Notes: generated by a model not told the origin, from the sequence alone. Shown: positions 1 to 9,927, counted from the stretch's first letter. The stretch is 64,000 bases of DNA from Candidatus Nomurabacteria bacterium (GCA_943356445.1 CALREZ010000001.1:15818-79817); one strand, 5' to 3'. Program-made: numbers and translations.

Positions 1-405
1 AAATATCGCGTGCCACGCGTAGTGCGTGTACACTTTTAATTTGCGGGAATGTTTTGTATTCGCGCCGACATACAAGTTGGAAAGAAAAAGCGGTTTTGGC
101 GCATTTTTCGCATGAGCGAGCGCGTCTTGCCAAACCATTTCAAAAAGTTTGCTTTCAAAGGGTTGGTTTAGTTTAACTCCCCAATTGATATGCTCGTCAT
201 ATTTTGAACCTGTTACGAAATATCTCGCATCTTGCGACCGTCCGGTTCTTTCTCCTGTCATGACGCGGATGGCGCCATGTCTGGTGTATCTCGCCTGTGT
301 GACCCCCTCGGTTTCAAATCGGAGGCAGTGACCGGAGAGTTCATTTCTCCCGAGACTTACAGTGGATACATCTTCAATCTGGTGATATGAATGGTTTTCT
401 GACAT
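1..405 (-). CDS. hypothetical protein (N-terminal part; gene runs off window start)
   Basis: Reverse-strand ORF that starts at an ATG (revcomp of 403..405) preceded by AGGAGA and stays open to position 1. It is absent from the ORF track because it is truncated by the window edge. No family recognised. Confidence 0.35.
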   Translation of the reverse strand, partial: MSENHSYHQIEDVSTVSLGRNELSGHCLRFETEGVTQARYTRHGAIRVMTGERTGRSQDARYFVTGSKYDEHINWGVKLNQPFESKLFEMVWQDALAHAKNAPKPLFLSNLYVGANTKHSRKLKVYTHYAWHAIF

Positions 406-580
406 CTTTTCATCTCCTGTTTGTTTTTCAGTTATCTTGTAAAAGTACAAGGCTAGGGGAGAGCATAACACATTTTGAAGAAAACGCAAGAGTTTGGGCT
501 CTTTTCGGGAAATGCACAGGCCGAGAAAAAAGTCATGGAAAATGAGCTCAAAAAGGGGTATACTATAATTCTTACGAGTT

Positions 581-1660
581 ATGAAAATCATTATTCTTCT
601 TAGTCAATTTACTCCTACGGATGTCAACAAACATCTCTTGGATGATGTTCTTTTTTTAAGGAAGCAAGGCATTGACGCGAGGATCCTGACTCTGTTTCCG
701 GAGGTTCCCGAAAAAACTCTTTACCGCGAATCTTTGTTTGCAAAAGAAAATTTTTCTTGCGTTTCTTTCGGCCGTAAATGGGATCCGAGAGAATGGAAAA
801 AACTCATCGCCCGCTTGTCGGAAGAACACCCTGACCTTATTATCGTCGGAGGAAAGCCCAAGATGCTGGGAATTCTTTGCGCTCGTTTGTCTCACGTTCC
901 GAACCTTTTTGTCTTTGCCTACGATGAAGAGACTATCCGATCATCCCGGTCATTTTTTGGCGGTATTTTTGATTATCTTGCCAATTTCTTTATTGTCGCT
1001 TCTGACGTGACGAAAGAACAAATCCTCTCCCAGTGGCTTTCTCCTTCAAAAGTTGCGGTTATTCCCGCAGGAATTCCTTTTGACGACTACGGGAAACCGC
1101 CCGAACGGAACATCTTCAGTCAATTCGGTTTTGGAGACAATGAATTTATTTTTCTTTTTACCGGAGACCTCGTTCCTGAAAAAGGAGCGGATGTTCTTCT
1201 GCGGGCTTTTTCAAAGGTGCCGGAAGGGAAGCTTGTTATTGTCGGAGATGGCGCTGAAAAAGAAGGCCTTCAATCTCTTTCAGATAATTTGAATCTAAAA
1301 GAACGAGTGCTCTTTTTGAATGAGGATGGAAACATTCCGGAACTTTTGATGAGGGCGGGGGCTGTCGTTTTTCCTTCCAAGAAAGAAGAACCGCTCTCTG
1401 TTTTTGTCCCGGCTCTTATCTCTGGAGTCCCGGTTATCTCATCTGATTTTTTGGGGATAGAAGAAATGATTCGAAATGGAGAAAATGGAATCATCGTAAG
1501 GAAACAGGATTCCGACGATTTGGCAAAAGCCATGAATGCTTTGGTGTTGAATCCTAAAATGTTTGCGGCTCATCAAAAAGACGTGGAGAAAAAATTGGAG
1601 AATTTTTCCGTTTCTTCTCATTGCGCAAAATTGCTTTCTCTCGTTAAAACAAACAAATAA
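581..1660 (+). CDS. glycosyltransferase family 4
   Basis: 359-aa ORF. GT4/GT-B hallmarks: FTGDLVPEKGADVLLRAF and a C-terminal EEPLSVFVPALISGVPVISSD (EX7E-like) region. Confidence 0.8.
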   Translation: MKIIILLSQFTPTDVNKHLLDDVLFLRKQGIDARILTLFPEVPEKTLYRESLFAKENFSCVSFGRKWDPREWKKLIARLSEEHPDLIIVGGKPKMLGILCARLSHVPNLFVFAYDEETIRSSRSFFGGIFDYLANFFIVASDVTKEQILSQWLSPSKVAVIPAGIPFDDYGKPPERNIFSQFGFGDNEFIFLFTGDLVPEKGADVLLRAFSKVPEGKLVIVGDGAEKEGLQSLSDNLNLKERVLFLNEDGNIPELLMRAGAVVFPSKKEEPLSVFVPALISGVPVISSDFLGIEEMIRNGENGIIVRKQDSDDLAKAMNALVLNPKMFAAHQKDVEKKLENFSVSSHCAKLLSLVKTNK

Positions 1661-1668
1661 ATTATTAT

Positions 1669-2802
1669 ATGAAACATAAAATTTGTTACGTTCTCCCGGA
1701 GTATAAAGAGGCTCTCGCCACTCACTTTTCCTACATTGAGCGGTTGCTCTGCGAGGCAAGCAAAGAACTTGATATTTTTCTGATTATAGAAAAAGGCAAT
1801 GTGCCGAGGGGTAATTTGGGATGTTCAAAGATAAAAACGATCGGCTCTTCCAACTTTTTTCTTCGTTCTGTAAAATCAAAATTTTGGCTCCTATACGCCC
1901 GTTTTTACGGATACTGCGATTATTATGTGCATTATTCTTTTCTTTCCGCCATTTCCGCGTCTTTGATTGTAAAACTTTTCGGAGGCAGGGTTTTTTACTG
2001 GAACTGCGGAGAGCCGTGGAAGTATAAACGTTCGTTCCTCCGCGAAAGATTTGAACGGTGGACATATCGCCTCGTTACATTCGTCGTTACCGGTACGGAA
2101 CATCTTGCGGACGAATATGCCAAACACTATCATATTCCGCGCGAAAAGATATTGGTGATGCCGAATTGGATAGACGTGGAAAGATTTGAAGAAGAACCGG
2201 ACAAGAGGGAACTCAGAAAAGAATTGGATCTTCCCGCTGATAAAAAAATAATCCTTTTTGCGCATCGTCTTTCTTTAAGAAAAGGTTCCAGAATGATTCT
2301 TCCCGTAGCAAGAGATCTTCTCTCCGTGAGAAACGATATCTTTTTTGCGGTTGTCGGGACCGGCCCGGACGAGGAAAAGCTTCGCTCGCGTTCGCAGGGA
2401 ACGGAAGCTCTGCGTCATACCGTTCGTCTTTTCGGGGCCGTCCCCAACCGCGAGATCCAAAAGTATTTTGCCGCATCGGATGTCTTTTTTATGCCGTCTC
2501 AAGAAGAAGGATTTCCCCGCGTCGTCCTTGAAGCTATGGCATCAGGAATCCCGATGGTTGCTTCTGATGTCGGTTCCGTCTCCGAGATCGTTCCCGTTTC
2601 CATGAAGCCGTTTGTCGTACATCCGAACGATACTTCCGGGTTTGTTAAAACGCTCAACATGGTTCTTTCTCAGAATTCCGAGCAGAGGCAAAAACAACAA
2701 AAAGAACTCAAAGAAAGGGCGCGAGAATTTGCCACCGGTACGGTCGTTAAAAAATTCGTTAAGCTCTTTGCACACAAAGAGGGAAGACCTTGCGGGCACT
2801 AA
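1669..2802 (+). CDS. glycosyltransferase family 4
   Basis: 377 aa. Contains FMPSQEEGFPRVVLEAMASGIPMVASDVG, a typical GT4 retaining-GT motif. Confidence 0.8.
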   Translation: MKHKICYVLPEYKEALATHFSYIERLLCEASKELDIFLIIEKGNVPRGNLGCSKIKTIGSSNFFLRSVKSKFWLLYARFYGYCDYYVHYSFLSAISASLIVKLFGGRVFYWNCGEPWKYKRSFLRERFERWTYRLVTFVVTGTEHLADEYAKHYHIPREKILVMPNWIDVERFEEEPDKRELRKELDLPADKKIILFAHRLSLRKGSRMILPVARDLLSVRNDIFFAVVGTGPDEEKLRSRSQGTEALRHTVRLFGAVPNREIQKYFAASDVFFMPSQEEGFPRVVLEAMASGIPMVASDVGSVSEIVPVSMKPFVVHPNDTSGFVKTLNMVLSQNSEQRQKQQKELKERAREFATGTVVKKFVKLFAHKEGRPCGH

Positions 2803-3491
2803 ACACTTTTAATATGGAAAAAAACAGCGTAAAAGAATTTGAAGATGCTCGGTGGAGCGGGACAGACCAAACCCCCGTTTTTCGGCATGCAGAAGCCCTC
2901 AGAATGGTTTCAAAAGGACAAAAGGTCTTAGACATCGGCTGCGGAGATGGTCTTCTTTTGGAGGCTATGGTGAAGAAAGGCGTCATCGTTTCGGGTGTTG
3001 ATATCTCCGAGGAGGGGGTTAAGAAATGCCGAGCAAAAGGGCTTGAGGCTTCCGTCGCTAATGCCTCCCACGAAAAGCTCCCTTTTCAAGATCATTCCGT
3101 TGATACGGTTACTCTGCTTGATATTCTTGAACATGTGTATTCTCCGGAGGTTCTTTTGAAAGAAGCCGTCCGCGTTTCAAGAAAGAATGTTATTATAAGC
3201 GTCCCGAATTTCAATTCCTTGCCGGCGCGCATTCAGGTTCTTCTCGGTCGCGTACCCGAAAATAATCGTCCTCATAAAGGCCACCTGTATTGGTTTAACT
3301 ATTGCGTCCTGTTAAAACTTCTGAAGAAAAGCAATCTTCGCGTAGAAGAAGTGAGCTGCAATACTTTTTGGGAGAACGTTCCCGTCATCGGTTTCATGAT
3401 GAAAGGGCTTTGCCGGCTTTTTCCTTCTCTCTTTGCTTTGTCCTTCGTTGTGAAAGCGAGTACTATAATTTCCGACAAAAATGAGTCATAA
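2790..3491 (+). CDS. class I SAM-dependent methyltransferase
   Basis: 233 aa. SAM-binding motif I VLDIGCGDGLL and post-I acidic residue; 4-bp overlap with the upstream gene. Confidence 0.75.
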   Translation: MRALNTFNMEKNSVKEFEDARWSGTDQTPVFRHAEALRMVSKGQKVLDIGCGDGLLLEAMVKKGVIVSGVDISEEGVKKCRAKGLEASVANASHEKLPFQDHSVDTVTLLDILEHVYSPEVLLKEAVRVSRKNVIISVPNFNSLPARIQVLLGRVPENNRPHKGHLYWFNYCVLLKLLKKSNLRVEEVSCNTFWENVPVIGFMMKGLCRLFPSLFALSFVVKASTIISDKNES

Positions 3492-4632
3492 ACCTTTAAA
3501 TATCCTCGTCATCAACTGCGACTGGCGGAATCTTTTTGAAAAAGATTTTGACGAACTTCTCAAAAAAATGGATCGGTGTCTTATGCGCACCGAGCTCAAT
3601 AATTTTTTCTTTTTTTCATGGTCGGATAAAAGTTATGAAAAGCGCCAAGGCGAACGTTTCTTTTCCGTGCATAAAAAAACGATGTGGCAGAAATTCCGTC
3701 CGATGTTTGATCTCATTTCCGTTTTTGCTATTCCTCATATCTTAAAAAAACATCCGTTCCGTCCCGACGTTATTTTAGTCTACGATCTCGGTTTTCTGCC
3801 TGCGGCAAAAGCGGTAAAGAAACGCTTCGGAGGAAAGATTGTTTTATGTCTTATCAACAGGCCGGAAGAACTTGCCCGAACAAGAAAGTTTGCTGCCGTG
3901 AAAGCATCGTATTCTTTGCTTGGAGAAAAGTTTTTTATTCATTCTGCCGACATCGCTTACACTATCAATTCTTCCATGAAGCGGTACATTGAATCCCTTG
4001 GTTTTCCTCCTGATCGGATAAAAATCTTTTCATGCGATACCATTCGTCGAGATATTCCTTTTATTGAAAATTCCGTTCGCGGAACCGTAAGGCGGCAATA
4101 CGACATTTCTCCCGAGAAAAAGATTTTCCTCTCCGTGGGGAGATTGGAAGCCGAAAAAGATTTTCCTCGGCTTTTTGAAATACTTTCTCACCTGGATGAA
4201 AAATATCTGCTTATTATCCTCGGAAGCGGAAGCCTTCTCCCTGATTTTCAAAAGAGAGTAAAAGAACTGGGTATTGAAAATCGGGTTATTTTCGCCGGAC
4301 CGATAGAAAGAAAAGACCTTTGGAATTATTACCTGGATGCCGATATCTTTATGCTGCTATCCAAATCGGAAGCGCTTGGGCTGGTTTTTTGGGAGGCCAT
4401 GTATATGAATGTTCCGGTTATTGGCAGTATGGCGACCGGTATTTTGGAGACTATCGGGGGCGGTGGAGAGAGAGGTTTTTTGGTGGGGGAAAAAGATGAT
4501 ATACTGAGCATTGCTGAAAAAATAGACTTATGTCTTGCCGGTGGCGAGAAAATAGAAGAAATGAAAAAAAGAGCGCGGGAATACGTAGAAGTGCAAATGA
4601 AAAATACTCTATCCATTAACGATATCCTCTAA
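3481..4632 (+). CDS. glycosyltransferase family 4
   Basis: 383 aa. GRLEAEKDFPRLFEIL ... SEALGLVFWEAMYMNVPVIGS is a GT4 C-terminal domain. Confidence 0.75.
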   Translation: MSHKPLNILVINCDWRNLFEKDFDELLKKMDRCLMRTELNNFFFFSWSDKSYEKRQGERFFSVHKKTMWQKFRPMFDLISVFAIPHILKKHPFRPDVILVYDLGFLPAAKAVKKRFGGKIVLCLINRPEELARTRKFAAVKASYSLLGEKFFIHSADIAYTINSSMKRYIESLGFPPDRIKIFSCDTIRRDIPFIENSVRGTVRRQYDISPEKKIFLSVGRLEAEKDFPRLFEILSHLDEKYLLIILGSGSLLPDFQKRVKELGIENRVIFAGPIERKDLWNYYLDADIFMLLSKSEALGLVFWEAMYMNVPVIGSMATGILETIGGGGERGFLVGEKDDILSIAEKIDLCLAGGEKIEEMKKRAREYVEVQMKNTLSINDIL

Positions 4633-4636
4633 TTTT

Positions 4637-5377
4637 ATGCTTTTTACTCTCAAAAATATCGCCTCTAAATATAAATTTACCCCTAAAGGGATTATTCATC
4701 TCGGAGCTCATATCGGTCAGGAAGCGGAAGATTATTCTTTCGTAAAACATGTTTTGTGGATAGAAGGAAATCCTGACATTATGCCGGAGCTGGAAAAGAA
4801 CATAAGCAAATATCCGGGACAAATCGCTTTTCGGGCTCTTGTTTCCGATGTTGACGGCGAGGATGTGGATTTTCAGGTTACGAGCAACGGACAGTCTTCC
4901 TCCATGTTTGCTTTGGATAAAATGAAAACACTGTTTCCTGGTGTCGTTGTCTCCGAAAAGCTCGCACTTAAAACAAAACGATTAGATACTCTTTTCAAGG
5001 AAAAACATCTTGATCCGAAACAGTATGATTTTTTGATTATTGATGTGCAGGGTGCGGAGCTGAAAGCTATAGAAGGAATGGGAAAAATTCTGGAGAGTAT
5101 TGAGTGGCTTTGTGTTGAAGTAAATCTTGTAAAGTTTTACCATGGCACGCCTCTTATGCACGCGGTTGATTCTTATTTGGCAAAAAAAGGATTCAGAAGG
5201 ATTGAAACTAATCTGAAACCACGCCAGTGGGGAGATGCTCTGTATCATCGCGAAAAAATGACCAAGTGCGAGCTCCGAAAAACTCTTCTCAAAGACTATC
5301 TTTTGGAGGCAAAAATCCTTTTTTTCTTCAAACTTCGGTTTTTACGATTTTTAAGAAAGTATTTGAAACGCGGATAA
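4637..5377 (+). CDS. FkbM-family methyltransferase
   Basis: 246 aa. HLGAHIGQEA ... FLIIDVQGAELKAIEGM matches the FkbM methyltransferase domain pattern. Confidence 0.7.
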   Translation: MLFTLKNIASKYKFTPKGIIHLGAHIGQEAEDYSFVKHVLWIEGNPDIMPELEKNISKYPGQIAFRALVSDVDGEDVDFQVTSNGQSSSMFALDKMKTLFPGVVVSEKLALKTKRLDTLFKEKHLDPKQYDFLIIDVQGAELKAIEGMGKILESIEWLCVEVNLVKFYHGTPLMHAVDSYLAKKGFRRIETNLKPRQWGDALYHREKMTKCELRKTLLKDYLLEAKILFFFKLRFLRFLRKYLKRG

Positions 5378-5382
5378 CCTTT

Positions 5383-6465
5383 ATGTCGGATAAGAAATCA
5401 CCAACCGAATTGATTCATGAAAAGAAAGTTCTCTGTCTTTTTAACCGTGTCAGGGAGGGTTCTTTGGAACGAATAGCGAAAGGAAACGAAAGCGATAATG
5501 CTTATTTCGGCATGCTCCGTCTAAAACATTTCGGCTATTCGGCGGAATACTTGGAGATTGAACAATTTTTTTCTCCCGGTGCTTGCCGATTCTTGCGAAA
5601 ATATGTTTTGAACATTCATTTCGCGCATGCTCCGCTTTTTAGAAAAATTTTATCATACGATATTGTTTTTACTTCCACGGCGTTTGGAACATTCCTTCTG
5701 TGGGTTTTGTATCCGTTCAAAAAACCGAAATGGGTCATGTTTGATTTCAATCTGCTTGGTATCATCGGAGACAAGAAAACTTTGAAACAAAAAATATTTT
5801 CTTTCCTCGTTTCCCGTTCTTCCGGAATCGTGACTATCTCTCGCGAAGGAGCGGAAGAAATAAAAAAAGCATTTCCGAAGCTGAAAGATAAAACGCAGTT
5901 TATTCCGCTCGGGACGGATACGGTATGGTTTGCGCCTCAAAACATTCAAGAGGAAGATCTTATTTTTTCTCCGGGAAGAGACCCTGGCCGTGATTATAAA
6001 ACTTTTTTTGAAGCGGTAAGAGACCTTTCCGTTTCGGTAATCATTACCGCCAGACCTCAAAAATTGAAAAAATACTCATTACCTGAAAAGGTAAAAACAT
6101 CCGATCTCACAGCCAAAGAAATGGTTGAAATGTACGCAAAAGCGAAAATTGTTGTTTTGCCGCTGCATATTTCCGATGAATACTATAACGCCATGGGCTG
6201 TTCTACTCTTGTGGAAGCAATGGCTATGGGGAAGGCCGTGATTGCGACTCGTTCGGCGACAATGGAATCTTACATACGAGACGGAGAAAACGGTATCTTA
6301 GTGCCGCAGAACGATGCTATCGCTCTTCGCAATGCCATAAACGAACTTCTTTCTGACTCGGACAAGAGAAAACGTCTCGGGGAAAATGTCAGAAAATTTG
6401 CCGTTGAATACTGCGAAGCGGAAAAATTCGCAAAAAATCTCACTGACTTTTTTGAAAAAATATGA
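5383..6465 (+). CDS. glycosyltransferase family 4 (GT-B fold)
   Basis: The listed ORF begins at 5227 and overlaps the upstream gene; the internal ATG at 5383 (MSDKKSP) abuts the upstream stop. The C-terminus EYYNAMGCSTLVEAMAMGKAVIATRS is GT4-like. Confidence 0.7.
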   Translation: MSDKKSPTELIHEKKVLCLFNRVREGSLERIAKGNESDNAYFGMLRLKHFGYSAEYLEIEQFFSPGACRFLRKYVLNIHFAHAPLFRKILSYDIVFTSTAFGTFLLWVLYPFKKPKWVMFDFNLLGIIGDKKTLKQKIFSFLVSRSSGIVTISREGAEEIKKAFPKLKDKTQFIPLGTDTVWFAPQNIQEEDLIFSPGRDPGRDYKTFFEAVRDLSVSVIITARPQKLKKYSLPEKVKTSDLTAKEMVEMYAKAKIVVLPLHISDEYYNAMGCSTLVEAMAMGKAVIATRSATMESYIRDGENGILVPQNDAIALRNAINELLSDSDKRKRLGENVRKFAVEYCEAEKFAKNLTDFFEKI

Positions 6466-6860
6466 AGAAATTATTACACCAACACCAGTCAGTCATAAAG
6501 TTTTTAGCAACGGGTATTTTTGTCTTTTTGTTCAACTTGGTCGTCCTTTCTTTGTTTACCGAAGCGTTTAAAATATGGTACCTCGTTTCCTCTGTTGTTT
6601 CCTATGCGCTTTCCGTTGTTTTAAATTTTACGCTTCAGAAATTTTGGGTGTTTGAAAACTCCTCAAACGAAAAAACAAAAAGACAATTTATTTTTTATCT
6701 TTTTGTTTCGTGTACTTGCTTGATTCTTAATACTTTCTTTATGTATTTATTGGTGGATTATGCAAGAATACATTATCTGATTTCTCAGGCATTCATCACC
6801 GCAGCACTTGCCACTTTAAACTTTTTTATCAATAGAAACTTTATATTTGCTGAAAAATAA
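6462..6860 (+). CDS. GtrA-family membrane protein (polysaccharide synthesis/flippase-associated)
   Basis: 132 aa with 4 predicted TM segments. KFLATGIFVFLFNLVVLSLF ... LQKFWVFEN is typical of the GtrA family. Confidence 0.75.
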   Translation: MKKLLHQHQSVIKFLATGIFVFLFNLVVLSLFTEAFKIWYLVSSVVSYALSVVLNFTLQKFWVFENSSNEKTKRQFIFYLFVSCTCLILNTFFMYLLVDYARIHYLISQAFITAALATLNFFINRNFIFAEK

Positions 6861-8520
6861 TACTATGATGACTTCAATTAACTCGTGGATAAAAACTCGC
6901 AAGAAAGATTTTGTCGCTTTATTCTTTTTTATGGTTGTCGCCGGCGGATGCGTTTTGTACGGATCCACGCTTCCTTTTTCTGTAAATGGAGATACCTATG
7001 TTTCTCTTCTCGCCAATAAAGCCTCGGCAGATATCAGTTATCCCGACCGAGCGATGATCCTGCGAAATGATTTTAAACCGTATGTCTATCCGTCCGTCCT
7101 CCAGTTCTTTAACGAGCGCTTTTCTCCGAAAGACTACACTTTTATTTTTCTTTTTTTTCTGGTTGTCGCTACCGGGTTTGCGGGGTATGTTGCTCTTAGG
7201 ATGCTCGGGTTTTCACGAACGGTTTCTTTTGCCGTATCTTTGATCGCTTTGCCTCCTCGTTCCAGTATCGGGTCGGAAATTTGGGGAGTTTTTGTTCCGG
7301 GAGATACTCTCGGGCGAACATTCGGATTGCCGGTTCTTTGGCTTTTGGCCGCATGGTACATAAAAAGAAAACATGAGAAAAAACCTCTCTGGCCTGTTTT
7401 TGCGGTTTTGGGTCTCACGACATATGTGCATCCGGTCAGCATTATTTTCTTCGGCGGAATTCTATTTTTGATTATGCTGTATCAGATAGTGACCGAGAAA
7501 AATTATACAGAAGGACTAAAGGACTTTGCAATAAGTGTTGCTATGTTCTGTACCGGGGCCTCTCTTCTTTTGCAAAGAATTTTTATCACTACCTCAAATA
7601 TCGCATCTAAACACACGGGTTTTGCTTCCGTTTCCAATACTGAATATGCGCAGGCGGTATATTCCAGGATTCGCTGGGATTTTCCGCCTGCGAGTACGGT
7701 GTGGCTGCGAGTTGTCGCTATTATCAGTTTTATGTTCGTGGCCGGAGCGATTTGGGCATATTTTCAGATCCGCGAACAGAAACCTTCCAAAGAAAATAGT
7801 TTATACAAAGAGATCTATCGTTTTGCTGTTCCTCTTATCGCTTTCTCTTCGGTTTTGTCCATCGCTCTTCCTTCTCTCCAAATTTGGCTGATGAGAGAAC
7901 ACGGCTGGCCTCTTATCCTCCAGCAGGGAAGTCGTATGTTCAAGTATTATTATTTGGGGGTCTTTCTCCTTTTTGCCGTCGCTTTGTCTGTTTTTATAAA
8001 AAAGTATTCTCCTAAAAAATATATTATCGCGCTTATCGTCGTGATAGGAATGATCAGTTCCTCTTTCGGGCTGGAATGGTTTGAGTTCTTGATAGGGTAT
8101 AAGAATTATTGCGATGGATTTATTCCCGTCGCTTTGCAAAAAAAGACTTTCGCAAAAGCGGATACAAAAATGTATCCGGAGATCTGCAAAGAAATGAAAG
8201 ACGCCGGAATCAAAAAAACAGACCTCGTTCTTTCCGGAGATTTTCCTCTGCGGTATTTTTGCGAAACAAAGCTTCTCGCGACTTTAGAGGAAGGGTCATC
8301 GTATCTTATGGCGGGCCGCTCTGAAATGGTATGGTGGTATCGGACTTTCTGGCAGCAGGACGCCGCTTTTAATAAATCCCAAGACTTGATTGATTTTGCA
8401 AAAAAGCAAAAAGCCGGTTATGCTTTGGTCACCGTTGGGTCTCCTCTTGAACAAGAGTTTAAGGAAAAGGGAATGATAAAAGAAAAGGGGACAGTCTATT
8501 CAGTCGTTAAATTCCAATAA
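6847..8520 (+). CDS. polytopic membrane protein, putative GT-C-fold glycosyltransferase (Gtr type-specific component-like)
   Basis: 557 aa with many hydrophobic segments and a C-terminal soluble domain. It sits between a GtrA-like and a GtrB-like gene. No diagnostic motif recognised. Confidence 0.45.
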   Translation: MLKNNTMMTSINSWIKTRKKDFVALFFFMVVAGGCVLYGSTLPFSVNGDTYVSLLANKASADISYPDRAMILRNDFKPYVYPSVLQFFNERFSPKDYTFIFLFFLVVATGFAGYVALRMLGFSRTVSFAVSLIALPPRSSIGSEIWGVFVPGDTLGRTFGLPVLWLLAAWYIKRKHEKKPLWPVFAVLGLTTYVHPVSIIFFGGILFLIMLYQIVTEKNYTEGLKDFAISVAMFCTGASLLLQRIFITTSNIASKHTGFASVSNTEYAQAVYSRIRWDFPPASTVWLRVVAIISFMFVAGAIWAYFQIREQKPSKENSLYKEIYRFAVPLIAFSSVLSIALPSLQIWLMREHGWPLILQQGSRMFKYYYLGVFLLFAVALSVFIKKYSPKKYIIALIVVIGMISSSFGLEWFEFLIGYKNYCDGFIPVALQKKTFAKADTKMYPEICKEMKDAGIKKTDLVLSGDFPLRYFCETKLLATLEEGSSYLMAGRSEMVWWYRTFWQQDAAFNKSQDLIDFAKKQKAGYALVTVGSPLEQEFKEKGMIKEKGTVYSVVKFQ

Positions 8521-8527
8521 AATTCGT

Positions 8528-9472
8528 ATGAAAATATCCGTAGTTATTCCCGTGTATAACGAGTCAAAAAGTCTCCCGGAACTTTTTTCGGAGATTGTTC
8601 ATATTTTGGAACGGGAGAAATCGGCTTTTGAAATTATTGCTGTGAATGATGCATCAAGAGATAATAGCTGGGAGGTGCTTAAGAAATTCGCCTCTTCCGA
8701 CGTGCGAATAAAAGCCATTAACTTCCGTTCCAATTACGGACAGACTTCAGCCATGTCGGCAGGAATAAAAAATGCCACGGGCGATGTTATTGTGCCGATA
8801 GATTCCGATCTTGAAAATGATCCTGCCGATATCCCGAAACTTTTGAAAAAAATGAGAGAGGGATATAGTGTCGTTTCCGGCTGGAGAAAAGACCGATGGG
8901 GTGATAATGCTTTTACCAGGAAGCTTCCATCTGTTTGCGCGAACTGGCTCATCTCTCATATTTCCGGAGTATATTTGCACGATTACGGTTGTACGCTCAA
9001 AGCCTATGAACGCGATATTATTGCCGAAGTGGAATTGTATGGAGAGATGCACCGATTCATCCCCGCCTATGCCGTGTGGAAAGGGGGAAAGGTCGCGGAA
9101 ATCCCGGTCAATTATCGTCCGAGAAAATATGGCGAAAGCTCTTATGGGATGTCTCGTATTTTTCGTGTTATTCCCGACCTCGTTCTTCTTAAATTTTTCA
9201 TCAAGTACATGAATCGCCCGATTCATTTTTTCGGCGGGTTGGGTTTCATTTCTTTTGCTCTCGGTCTTCTTTCAGGGGTTACCGCGATAGGATTAAAAAT
9301 CTTCGGTCTTCGTGATTTTGTTCAAACCCCGTTGCTATTATTCTCCGCGCTTTTTATTATCGTCGGAGTACAACTTGTCGTCATGGGTTTGCTTGCGGAA
9401 ATGATAATGAGAACCTATTACGAGTCGCAGGATAAAACAGCGTATTCTATAAAAGAGAAAGTTAACCTGTAA
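8528..9472 (+). CDS. GT2 polyprenyl-phosphate glycosyltransferase (GtrB/DPM1/ArnC-like)
   Basis: 314 aa. N-terminal ISVVIPVYNE ... AVNDASRDNS ... DSDLENDP (GT2 DXD) plus two C-terminal TM helices, as in GtrB/ArnC. Confidence 0.8.
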   Translation: MKISVVIPVYNESKSLPELFSEIVHILEREKSAFEIIAVNDASRDNSWEVLKKFASSDVRIKAINFRSNYGQTSAMSAGIKNATGDVIVPIDSDLENDPADIPKLLKKMREGYSVVSGWRKDRWGDNAFTRKLPSVCANWLISHISGVYLHDYGCTLKAYERDIIAEVELYGEMHRFIPAYAVWKGGKVAEIPVNYRPRKYGESSYGMSRIFRVIPDLVLLKFFIKYMNRPIHFFGGLGFISFALGLLSGVTAIGLKIFGLRDFVQTPLLLFSALFIIVGVQLVVMGLLAEMIMRTYYESQDKTAYSIKEKVNL

Positions 9473-9478
9473 GCAAAC

Positions 9479-9901
9479 GTGGAAAAAGAAAAAAGCAAAA
9501 AGGAAAAAGGGACGGACGACGGAAAAATAACTTTTTTTACTCAACTTGAAGTTTGGAAAATGGGACATAAAACTGTTCTCGATGTTTATCTTATTACCAA
9601 AAAATTTCCAAAAGAGGAAATTTTTGGAATAACTTCTCAAATGAGAAGGTGTGCCGTTTCTATCACCTCAAACATTTCAGAGGGATTTGGCCGATTTTCG
9701 TATAAAGAAAAAATACAGTTTTATGCCATTGCGCGCGGCTCAATAACAGAATTGCAAAACCAACTTCTTATTTCAAAAGATATTGGGTATATTTCAAAAT
9801 CGGAATTTGAAAGAATTGCAAAGAAAACCGTTGATACGCATAAAATGCTGCAAGGTCTTATTAAAAGTTCTCAAAAAAGGATTCAGGGCATTGGAAATTA
9901 A
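9479..9901 (+). CDS. four-helix-bundle protein (23S rRNA intervening-sequence protein family)
   Basis: LEVWKMGHKTVLDVY ... ITSQMRRCAVSITSNISEGFGRFSYKEKIQFYAIARGSITELQNQL matches the PF05635-type four-helix-bundle family. The start is uncertain: GTG at 9479, and no in-frame ATG precedes the conserved N-terminus. Confidence 0.65.
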   Translation: MEKEKSKKEKGTDDGKITFFTQLEVWKMGHKTVLDVYLITKKFPKEEIFGITSQMRRCAVSITSNISEGFGRFSYKEKIQFYAIARGSITELQNQLLISKDIGYISKSEFERIAKKTVDTHKMLQGLIKSSQKRIQGIGN

Positions 9902-9927
9902 CCTTTTTTCTTTTTGCTTTATTCTTA

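Noticed and set aside
656-1533. Several 70-100 aa ORFs on the opposite strand or in other frames within the first GT4 gene (656..895, 738..1010, 1053..1292, 1270..1533). Similar antisense or overlapping small ORFs occur throughout the locus.
   Set aside because: They are fully embedded in longer ORFs that carry recognisable glycosyltransferase, methyltransferase or enzyme motifs. They have no independent start context and are typical frame shadows of AT-rich coding DNA.
1661-1668. TATTAT hexamer directly abutting the ATG of the second GT4 gene, as a possible -10 box.
   Set aside because: The spacing to the start codon is too short for a transcription start. AT-rich hexamers are frequent by chance in this genome.
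5227-5382. The long ORF starting at 5227 overlaps the 3' 150 nt of the FkbM methyltransferase gene.
   Set aside because: The internal ATG at 5383 directly follows the upstream stop and precedes the conserved GT domain. The upstream extension is probably not translated.
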